Shown here: positions 50,221 to 60,083 of the stretch, one piece after another
Layout of the letters: every line of letters starts with the position of its first letter
Numbering within the stretch: position 1 is the first letter of the stretch
Source of the DNA: Lama guanicoe
Taxonomy: Eukaryota
Length of the DNA stretch: 64,000 nucleotides
Direction: 5' to 3'
NCBI GenBank assembly: GCA_013239625.1
Contig: MU054001.1
Location: 5,567,078 to 5,631,077, forward strand
Position numbers and translations under genes: made by a program
Notes under the pieces: generated by a model
Told to the model about the DNA's origin: nothing
What the model saw: the letters and a program-made list of their open reading frames with translations, nothing else
Databases searched by the model: none

Positions 50221-51864
50221 TCAATTTGTTCAGCTTTTTAACTTGTTGTTAGGACATAGTGGCAGCTTCTGAGCTCCAGACATGCCAGACTAGAAACCAG
50301 AAGTCCCTTCCTCTGCCTTCTAATACCCGCCCTCCAGCAGTCCCTCCCCTCTCATGGACAGGACCACGCAGGCGATGCTCTGGGGCCCCAAAGGCAAAAG
50401 AGAAGAGCATGTGCTGAGGGGTGGAGGTTGGTTACACTTGGCCAGTGGAAATGGACTAGCAGGTGGCACAGGGGACCAGCACCACCCTGACTCCTCTCCC
50501 CACTCTCCATCCTTTGGCCGCACTGCCCTCCTCTGGGATGAACCTGCTAAGTTCCAGGACTTGTACATACTCGGTCTAAAGCACCCTCCCCCGCAATCCA
50601 CCCAACCCAGGTCCTCTTATCTTTCCTAATTAGCTTTGACCCAGCCTCCAGAATAATTCAGGCAACCTGACCCCCATCTAGTTGGGGGTTTTCTGATCTG
50701 CGGTCATGGAACAGAGCCTGGCTCATAGACGGCCTTCAATAAATCCTTGTGGCAGAAATGTGTGCATCAGTCTGTGTTCCATTCTGTAGTGTGTGTGGTT
50801 CCTGCTATAATCAAATATTCATTGAGATGATTATATATAATGTCCACCTGTCCCTTTAGGCCATGGGGATTTATTTTTTTCATAACTGAAGTCCCTACAT
50901 TTAGCACAATGTGGCATGTAATAGGTGCTCAACCAACGTCTTGTGAACAATGAATGGATGACAAGAGGTGGGTTGAGTCCCGCACTGAGTAGAGGGGTTC
51001 AAACGCACTTGGGAGCCCATGTCACCTGTGTGGCGGCAGGGTGGGGAACGCACTGTTCTAGAATGAACTCACTGGTGTTCTGGGGAGACTGTCAGCAAGG
51101 CAGTTTTTCACCTGGAGGCCAAATTCCTTGTGGATTATGCAAAAGCATTTTTTTGGTGGATGTGTTGGGGTGGTGGGGAAAGGAAGTGTTTCACCCCAGT
51201 CTGTAGCTCACATCAAAGGCAGGCAGGGAGAGACCGGGCAGGCCCGGGTGGGAGGAGAGCTTGTTGGGACCAGACATCTAGAAACCAGTCAGCGTTCCCA
51301 GCAGCTACTGACTCATGTGCAGCCTCTGGGTGGGGGTCAGAAACTGGCTCTCCAAATCCAGGGTCTGGGGCTCTGTGATGGAGGGGAGGTTGGGATCCTG
51401 GTTGGCAAGCTGTAGGAAACTAACAGGATGATGAAGGCTTGGGGGGCCTAAGAAACAGTGAAGTCAGGGGTCTTGGTAGGGGAGGCTGATGTCAGGAGCA
51501 GGTGGTCCCTGAGTGGGAGGTCAGAGCCCTCGGTGGGAGGAATGAAGGCCAGGCTCTCACGATGCTAGCCTTAGACTCCCACCGTCCCGTGGACAGAGCC
51601 ACAGGCTGGGAACTGCAGGGTTCTGGCTCTTCCTGGTTGTGGGACTTCAGATTTGTTGTGGGAACACAGAAGGTCAGAGACTCCCAGGCTGTATGAACTG
51701 GAAAACAGGCCCAGAGAGGGTAAGACAATGTCCAAGGTGCCACAGGCAGGCAGTAGGTGATCTGAGCCTGGAGCCAATATCCCAGGGCTCCAGGGCCACC
51801 TTACTTTGGCAGGTTGCTCTAACGCTCTGGCCCTCAGTGTGCTCATCTATAAAATGGGGATAAT

Positions 51865-52435
51865 GCCTGCAGCCATTTAAGCCGACTGTGCTCTTCTCCT
51901 TGTACAAGGGCCTGGTGTGAAATGGCTGCAAACAGCAGCCTTCTCGGTCGTGTATGCAGCCTGTTGCCCGTATGGGTTGCGCTAAGGGACCCTGGAGACA
52001 GCCCTTTCCAGTGGACACTTATGTCTGGCATGCTGTCCCCAACCTAGGCTCCAGGTATGTGCGGTGCCTTTGGAAAGCCTCAGGGCAGTAGTCAGGATCT
52101 ACCAAGTCATTGTGACCCTCCAAACAAGCTTCAGAACAAGGAGCATGTGACTGAGGACTTATGCAGGGCCAAGTTCGACTTCTCCAGCCACCAGAAGATC
52201 CCCATCTCCCAGAAGTGGGGATTTACCAAGTTTAATGCTGATGAACTTGAAAACACGGCAGAAAAGCAACTCATCCCAGATGGCTGTGGGGTCAAACACA
52301 TCCCTGATCATGGCCCCCTGGGCACATGGTGGGCCCTGCATTCAGGAGAGACATGGCGCTGGCCCCTCCTTACTCACGCCCACCAATAAATCCTACTTTC
52401 CTGTCATAAACAAACAAACAAACAAACAAATAAAT
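51865..52435 (+). pseudogene. RPL10: SNORA70-headed, partly spliced RPL10 retrocopy (snoRNA, intron remnant, last two exons, poly(A) tail)
   Basis: 52057-52344 translates GAFGKPQG...KLQNKEHV...AKF...[17 protein letters not shown]...[19 protein letters not shown], the RPL10 C-terminal half with indels and TGA changed to GGA. AATAAA at 52385-52390; degenerate A tail 52406-52435; TSD aaaatggggataat 51851-51864 / aaattggggataat 52436-52449. Confidence 0.95.
51867..52003 (+). ncRNA. SNORA70: SNORA70 (U70) box H/ACA snoRNA retrocopy
   Basis: ctgcagccatttaagccgactg...aatggctgcaaacagcagc...gtgtatgcagcctgtt...tatgggttgc.ctaagggacc.tggagacagcc matches recalled SNORA70. H box ACAGCA 51932-51937; ACA 51998-52000 three nt from the end; two hairpins; lies just upstream of an RPL10 exon as in the host gene. 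Confidence 0.92.
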
Positions 52436-52519
52436 AAATTGGGGATAATAATACTTACCTTAGAGGATTGTTGTATTAAGTGAGATCATTCCTCCATGCA
52501 ATAAATATTTATTGAGGGC

Positions 52520-52925
52520 TGCGGCAGACACTGCTAGTTAGTCTCCCTTCTTGAAAACGGAACCCCCATTTTAGCTGGGAACATAGCCACCTGGAGTAGA
52601 TTACATTTCCCCATTTCCCTGGCATGTGTGCTGATGAGACTTGGGAAGACTTACAACAAGGCATGAAGCATGATGTGCGTTCCCTCCTCCTTGCTGGCTA
52701 GGATTCGGCAGTGATGGCTACCGTGGTCAACCTGGACATCATGTTGAAGACAAAGTAGAAAATGCGTGGGTTCCTGGTCACCATGGGGTCCCCATTCCCA
52801 TGATCGTGGGGTAAGCAATGGGACTCCTCACTGCCGGACTTTGTTTACATGAGGCAAAAATGAATGTGTGTTTAAGTCGCCATTATCTTGGGTTTTCACT
52901 GCTACACCCAATCCTAGTTGATACA
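52520..52925 (+). mobile_element. MLT1J/K-like LTR inside an L2
   Basis: tgcggcagacactgctagtt...aacccccattttagctggg...tacatttccc...tgtttaag...caatcctagttgataca. Confidence 0.65.
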
Positions 52926-53439
52926 GAGCCATTTAGGTATGAGGCTCTGGACTCTGAGGATAAAACAGAGGAAAGAACCACATGTAGCCCCTTCCCTTCA
53001 GAAGCCTCCAGTCTGGTGGAAGTGAGAGGCCATCCAAAAAGCATGTGCACAAGTGAAAAATTACAGAAGTGCCATGAGGGTGGACAATAGAGGGCCTTGA
53101 GCTCCGCAAGGGCATGGAAGGTCCCTGAGGAAACCACACGTAACCAGTGACCTGAAGGGAGTAACCAGGAAGTGGAGAGGTGCAGACTTGTAGGAAAAGG
53201 TAACACCCTGTGGCAGGAGGGACAGTGGTGCCAAGGGACAATAGAAGATGGCCAGGGAGGCCCTGGGCAGAGAGCTGGGACCGCATGGTGTGAGGCAAGG
53301 CAGGGGCCAGACCAGCAATGGCAAGTTGGGTTTTGCTCCTGAAAGCAATGTGGACAACAGTGCCTGTAAAGAGCCCAGCAAGGTGCCGGGCCAGTGTTAG
53401 CACTCTCTCTGGGGTTGCTCTCTTTGTCTTGTTTAACCA

Positions 53440-53556
53440 AAACACGTTTGTGCTTGTAATGTCTGCACTATTTACAAGAGCCAAGACATGGAAGCAACCT
53501 AAGTGCCCATCAATGGCTAGATAAATGGATAAAAGAGATATGAGATATATTATATA

Positions 53557-53598
<42 letters not shown>

Positions 53599-54010
53599 TA
53601 CACACACACACACACAATAACCATCAGTAGTCTTAAATATATATGAAAAAGATGTGAGATATATGTATATATACGTGTATACACACACACACACACACAC
53701 ACATATATATCTATATATGAATGTTATTCAGCCATGAGATAAAAGGAAATCTTGCCACTTGTGAAAAACATGGATTGACCTTGAGGGTATTATGCTAAGT
53801 GAAGTAAGACAGAGAAAGACAAATACTGTATGACTTCACTTATATGTGGAATCTAAAAAAAAAAAAAACCTCCTGGCTTCAATCCCCAGTGCCTCTACTG
53901 AGGGAGAAAAACAAAAGAAAGAAAAACTGAGCTCATAGTTACAGAGAGCAGATAAGTTGTTGCCAAAGGTGAGGGGTGGGAGGTGGGTGAAACGGGTGAA
54001 AGTGGTCAAA
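53440..54010 (+). mobile_element. L1 (L1MA-like) 3' end with (TA)n(CA)n microsatellites
   Basis: gcactatttacaagagccaagacatggaagcaacctaagtgcccatc...gaccttgagggtattatgctaagtgaagtaag. Confidence 0.85.
53868..53925 (+). mobile_element. 5'-truncated SINE fragment in the A-run of an L1 3'UTR
   Basis: cctggcttcaatccccagtgcctctac is the B-box half of the same SINE family, followed by an A-rich tail. Confidence 0.6.
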
Positions 54011-54034
54011 AGGAATTGAAAAAAAAATTTTTTA

Positions 54035-54660
54035 ACATCACAGCTATATCCAACAGAAAAGCAGAGGTGAAAGAGAAAATACCGTGTTGGTGAGGATGTG
54101 GAACAACTAGAACTCTCTGCCATAAACCAGTGGCAAGAGGGTAAATTGTTACAACCACTTTGGAAAACTGTGGAAAGAGATGCACCCCCTATGACCCAGC
54201 TATTCCACTCCCAGCAGAAATCCACACTCGTGCTCATTGAAAGATACATGCACAGACCTTCATGGCAGCGCTATATTAAATAAAACTGGAAACAGCCCAG
54301 ATGCCGATCAGGAGTAGAATAAACTGTGATAGAGTCACCAAATGGTGATGCAGCAGTGAGAATGGAGATCTGCATCTCCACACAACACACATGATGCCGA
54401 GGGGAAGAGGCCAGATGCAAGGAACACGTGCTGTGTGAAGCCACTGACCAGGAAGAACAGAACCAGAAGCGGTCCATCTGCCCCATTAGACGTCAGGATG
54501 GTGATTCTCCCTGGGGCAGGAGAGGGGCTTCTGGATGCTGGCTGTGCTCCCCCTTCTGGCCAGAGTGCTGGCTGCATGAGTGTGTTCAGTTTGTATAAAT
54601 CCACCACATTATCCACATAGATGTGTGCACTCCTCACCCTGGATGTCACACTTCAATACA
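54035..54660 (+). mobile_element. Old L1 (L1ME-like) 3' end
   Basis: gttggtgaggatgtggaacaactagaactct...acaaccactttggaaaac...atgacccagctattccactcc. Confidence 0.75.
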
Positions 54661-54673
54661 AATACTGAAATAA

Positions 54674-54779
54674 AATGCACCCCAATGTTCACAGCAGCAT
54701 TATTTCCAATAGCCAAGACATGGAAACAACCTAAATGTCCATCGACAGACAGTTGGTTTAAGAAGATGTGGTGTATGTG

Positions 54780-54817
<38 letters not shown>

Positions 54818-55190
54818 GGAACACTATTCAGTCATAAAAAAGAATGAGTTAATGCCATTTGCATTAACATGGATGGACCTAGCGATTGTCATACTAAGTG
54901 AAGTAAGTCAGAGTAAGAGAGGAAAATACCATAAGATATCACTTATATGTGGAATCTAAAAAAAAAAAAGAGACAAATAAATTTATCTACAAAATAGAAA
55001 CAGACTCACAGACATAGAAAACAAACTTGTGGTTACCAGGGGGAAAGGAGGGGATGAATGGATAAATTGGGAGTTTGGGATTTGCAGATACACATTACTA
55101 CATATAAAATAGATAAACAGCACTCTGCTGTACACCAGAAATTAACACAACATTGTAAACTGACTATACTTCAATAAAATAATTACTTGA
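54674..55190 (+). mobile_element. Lineage-specific L1 3' end
   Basis: Homologous to the 3'UTR of the L1s ending at 16044 and 46746; AATAAA 55173-55178; (CA)n at 54783-54815. Confidence 0.9.
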
Positions 55191-56184
55191 TTAATTAAAA
55201 AGATGCAGCTGCCTCCAGCAGAGAGCTTCTCCTGTTAAGCCAGCAGCCGGACTGCCTGTGGTGCATTGAAAGAGCTTTGAATGGTAGATAGAAGAGGGAC
55301 CCAGGAGAGCGCTCTGGCCAGCAAAGTGATGGGACCACTTTGGAGCTCAGGGACAGCGAGAGCGTCTCAGGGAAAGGAGGGACGTGGAGGAGGGGCGAGG
55401 AGGAGCAGGGAGGGGTCCAGGAAGGCCCTCAATTATTTAAAGGGCTTGGTATGCCGCCTACAGTGTGACCCTGTCTCTTGATGCCTCAGACAAGCCCTGA
55501 CTGGTGAGAATGGCTTTTTATCCTTTGTGATAGACACTGACAAAGGAGCTGAACTTCTCTGGGGTCCCCAAAGAGCAGAACAGAGACGACGGACGCAGAA
55601 GAAAGAGCCAAGGCCAAAAGAAACCACAAGAAAGTGAAGCCTCGGGGAATCTGCCCCAGACTTGAGAACTTTGGGCTCCCCAGAGCATGGTGGGGGTTGG
55701 AGCCTGGCTTGTCTGGACCTCAGAGGCCAGACTCCCCTGTCCCCCACAGCAGGAGGTGACACAGCTCTGAGCTGCCGTCTAGCGGGGTAGGGGTGATGGG
55801 GGTGGGGGTGATGGGTGGTGAGTCACTGTCTGGGAGAGGGCTTTGGGGAAACTTGAAAAGCCCCGGGCCAGGGCGATGAATGTTTTGGTCCTCTCAGCAC
55901 TCCTGAGTCATCCACCTGCACAGGCCAGCCCCCCCAGCCCTCAGCGCACTAGGGTGCAGCCTGCCCTGGGAGGGGGGAGCCACTGTACTTGGGATGGAGA
56001 TGCTGGAACTCGCACCCTCATTGGGCCCCAAGCAAACCTGCGCCAGGGTTGAGAAGGACACAGGCCTCTGGGGAAAGGCTGAGGCACCTCTGCACCGCTG
56101 AGAGCTCATTTGCCTCCCTGCATCTCACCCTGCGTCAGCTGATGGCTGAGCTGGGTGGGGCCTGCATGCCCCGTATGCTTTAGA

Positions 56185-56313
56185 CTCCCTCCCTCCCTCC
56201 TGCCTTCCTTCTCTCTCCCCCTCCCTTTCTCATTCTCTCTCTTTCTCTCCTTCTCTCCCACCCTTACTCCCTCCTTCTCTCCCACCCTTACTCCCTCCCT
56301 CCCTCCCTCTCCT
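56185..56313. repeat. Polypyrimidine low-complexity tract with an internal direct repeat
   Basis: Almost purely C/T on +; ccttctctcccacccttactccct occurs twice. Confidence 0.85.
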
Positions 56314-56534
56314 TAAATTTAAAAATTTTACTGTAACAAATACCAAAAAATACCCAAAAGGATAAGGAAGAAAATAAAAAAGATCTGAACTCCCCCCTCC
56401 CTGAGATAATTACCATTTTGGTGACCATCTTCTTATTCTGTTGAAAACAGGCATCTTTCAAAGTAAATTCTTTAAAAACAGATGGAGATTTTTGGAAAAT
56501 TTGCAGAGAGCTCACAGTTCCCATATACTGCCCC

Positions 56535-56883
56535 TGCCCTAACAGAAATACCATAAACTGGTGCCTGAAACAATCACATTTATTTCTCACAGTTCCAGAG
56601 GCTGGAAAGTCCAAGATCAAGGCGCTGGCAGAGCCAGTGTCTCAGTGAGGGCCTCTTCCTGGTTTGCAGACATCTGTCTTCCCCTTGCATCCTCCCCTGG
56701 CAGAGAGAAGAGACCATAACCAAGCTCTTGTGTCTCCTCTTATAAGGTCGCTAATCGCATTCAGGATGGCTCCACCCTCATGACCTCATCACCCCCAAAT
56801 CCCCACCTTCTAACACCGTCACATTCTGGGTTAGGATTGCAACGTACAAACTTGGAGAGAACACAAATATTCAGTTCATAACA
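56535..56883 (-). mobile_element. MLT1A-like LTR inserted in an antisense L1MC-like 3' end (~56490-57230)
   Basis: atttatttctcacagttccagaggctggaaagtccaagatcaagg...ttcagttcataaca; 5-bp TSD gcccc 56530-56534 / 56884-56888. Confidence 0.85.
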
Positions 56884-59423
56884 GCCCCACAAGCAATTCC
56901 TCCTATTATTATTAACATCGTGAGTATATGTGGCACATCCGTTACCACAAATGAAGCAATATTGATGCATTATGAACTGAAGCCAATGCTTGACTCAGGT
57001 TTCCTTAATTTTCCCTAATGCCCTTTTCCTATTCCAGGATCCCACTCAGGATTTAGCCGTCACGTTTCCTGAGGCTCCTCTTGGCTGTGACAGTTCCTCA
57101 GACTTGCCTTGTTTCTGATGACCTTGACAGTTCTGAGAACGGGTCACATGTATTATACAACGTTCATCCATTGGGATTTGCCTCAAATTTCTCCTCATGA
57201 TTAGACTGAGGTGAGGGGGTGGGGGTTGGGCCCCTCAGGGAGAGGTGGGGAAAAGCAAGAACTAGGCCTTCCTTTCAGGGAAGGAGCTTGTCTGGTCCCT
57301 CAGGCCCTCCTGGTACCAGCTGATTTCCTCAGCCAGCAGAGAAGAGGAAAAAGGATGCAGCTAGACTGGGGGGGTTTCCCAGCGTAATGTCCACCCCCCC
57401 AGGCTTCCTTCCTAAATGACAAGTTCATGGCCTTAAGTTGATTATTAATAACGATGACTAGCATGTACAGAGAATTCTTACCCACAGCATAATGAATCAC
57501 CGGAAAAGCTGCCCCACTGCCGAGCTTTGAGATAAAGCACTACTGTTGGTAGCCCTGGAGGGGGCTGACATCACGCCCATTTCACAGATGAGAAACGGGG
57601 TCACTGAGGTTAAGTGACTTGCCCAGTCACAAGCCTGAAAAGTGAGAAAACGGAGACTCAAACCCAGACCTGACCTGACTCAATTCCAGGCTTCCTCTAT
57701 GACACGGCTGCCCACCCACATTAATTTATAACCACTATTCTCATTTATATTGATGAAGAAATTGAGGCTCATGGAGGAGAGGTGGCTCACGTGGCCCAAC
57801 CCACCATTACTGACAGATCTGGACCAGAGCTCAGGTGTCCAGATCCACCCAAGGCCAGGCCAGGCCAGGGGGCTTACACTTCATGGGGCTCACATAGCAG
57901 ATAACAAATATCTTAAGATGAAACAATTCCACACTGATAAGAGCCCTGAAGGACAGAAAACGAGGGCTGTTTTGGCTCTTCATCAAATCTCTCCCCATCA
58001 CTCCTTTTGCCTCATCTGAGTAAAGGGCTCAGGTTTCTCCTGACCTTTGTGCAGCCCTGCTGGGCTCCCCAAGCCTGCCCCATAGTCCTCCAGCCCATCT
58101 CTGGAGAAAACCTAGAAGGTGCCCTCTCCACTCCTGGCACCCCCAGCTCTCCTGCACTCCAAACCCTGAGACTGGCAGCACCCTCTCGCCTGGACACCAG
58201 CTGCTCCTCAGCTTCCCCCACGTTCTTGCCAACTCCCACCAGCCTGCAGCTTCTGCTGCCTTCCTGGACTCACATCCTCTCTCGGCTGCCAGGACCCTGC
58301 CCTCTCCCGCTGCTCTTCTCCTTTGTGGCCTCCTCTCCTGGGTCTCACTTCCTTACTTTAACTTTTCATTTGGAAGAATTTCAAGCCTACAGAAAAGTTG
58401 CAGTAAATACACTTATATCTTTTTACCTAAATTCATTCTAAACTGCTGACATTTTGCCACTTGGCTTTAATCTCTACATGTATATACTCACTATTATTAT
58501 TTGCTGAACCGTGGGAGAGGAGTTAGAGCCATCGGGACTCATAGCCCTGAAATACTTCAGCTGTACCTCCTAAGGGCAGGACATTCTCTTATATAACTGC
58601 AATTTAATTATTAACTAAGGGAATTTTATATTGACACTTTACTGTTATCTAACATATAGCCTGAATTTAAATTTCATCCATTGCCCTAATTCATGTCCTT
58701 TGAAGCATTTTTTTCCCTGATTCTAAAGCCACCTGGAATCTCTTGTGGCATTGAGTTGTCACGTCCTGCTCCCCTTCAGAGAGTTGCTAACCCCCAGCAC
58801 AAGCGTCTCGGACTTCGGTCATCACCTCTGCATGGATGGTCTTGGGTTTGCATCTGCACCATTATCTCCAGCTCTGCTCTGCCCCCTTCTCTGTCTCCTA
58901 GTTATTCATGGCTCCCTGCACTACGAGCTCCCCAAGTCAGGGATGCGAGTTCACCTCTTTATCCCAGATGCCACGCCCAGTGCTGGGTAAGCGCACCAAG
59001 CAAGAGTGGGAGAAATACCCGCCTGGAGTCAGCGGGTCCTGGACTTAAGCTGTGGCTCCACCAGCCTTTGCTGTCCTGTCTTCCAGCAGGTGATTTAACA
59101 GTTATTCTGAGCAGATAATACAGCCTACTTTGCAGAGCTATTTTATCCCCTTAGGTGCTTTGTAGCCTTGTAGGAAGGCAGGACCTTAAAAAAAGAGGGA
59201 GGATGGGAAGGAGCTGGGAAACAGCTCAAAACCGAGGAGGGCCATGGAGCACCAACCCTGACCAACTCTGAGCTCCTAAACACACCCCCACACCCCGCCC
59301 CTGGGCTCTAAGCAGCCTAACCCTCCCAAGCTTGGTGGAGAGAGAACCTCAGTAAAGGAAAGTTTATTTAATGACACGAGAAATCAAGCTGGTCTGGAGA
59401 TGGCTCCCAAGATGGAGAGGTGG

Positions 59424-60083
59424 TGTTAGAGCAGGCAGAAAGCTAGCTATGAGCAGAGAAAAGGGGATACAGACCAAATGGCAGGAATTGGGCAGAAAGC
59501 AGGGGCACAGGCCAAGTGCAGGAAACCACACACCCCGTAAGCACCAGCGGTCCCTGGGCAGAGAGAGAAAAGCAGGAACCTGGGGGCTGATAAGGGATCG
59601 TGCTTTTTGGGGGTGACAAGTGGCCTGGAGAAGAACAAAGAAAGGTGAGAAAAGGCAGGAATTTCCAGTGTCCACATGTAACCTTTTGCTCATTATGCCC
59701 TCATTTCAATAAAATTAGCTTTGCAGATCAGAAGTACCCATCATGCACCAATGCCATGACACTTCCGATCCAGACTAAATAAGGACAAAAATCCCTCCTC
59801 CCTTTGGGAGGGTGGAGTTGGGATGATAATCAGGAAATACGACCCCAAACCCTTCCCTCCCCAATGAATATTCTGCCCATTCATTTTTACACCCTGTGTA
59901 GCTAACTTGCCAAAGAAACTCAGGGTAGCCGCTCACCTGAGCCTGCCCGCTCTCCCCTGAGAGTGTACTATCCATCCTTTAATAAATCCTCACTTCACCT
60001 TTTTTTAACCTCTAAGTCTTGTCTCTGAATTCTTTCTGGGATGGGACAAGAACCTGGAACACCAGTTGCATCTATTGGCAACA
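59424..60083 (+). mobile_element. ERV1-class solo LTR (660 bp)
   Basis: TGTT...AACA termini; 4-bp TSD gtgg 59420-59423 / 60084-60087; AATAAA 59981-59986; U5-like ctgaattctttc...acaagaacc. Confidence 0.88.

Larger units (their letters stand above)
41163..50305 (-). mobile_element. Old L1 (L1M4/L1MD-like): 5' end and ORF1 at 46960-50305, ORF2 end and 3'UTR at 41163-42898; host of nested insertions
   Basis: Minus-strand ORF1-like LQIQEAQKTPNRIN...LQKIKDKEK (46804-47202) and ORF2-like TKINSKW...TIKLLED (42300-42542); 5'-terminal gacttctggtttc on minus at ~50305. Confidence 0.85.
51750..52490 (+). mobile_element. MIR split by the SNORA70-RPL10 retrocopy
   Basis: ctctggccctcagtgtgctcatctataaaatggggataat continues after the insert as aatacttaccttagaggattgttg. 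Confidence 0.85.

Noticed and set aside
52057..52389. 110-aa RPL10-like ORF as a functional retrogene
   Set aside because: N-terminal half absent, indels scramble part of the frame, native stop lost.
52933..53700. 255-aa minus-strand ORF
   Set aside because: Built from (CA)n/(TA)n microsatellites and antisense L1/L2 sequence.
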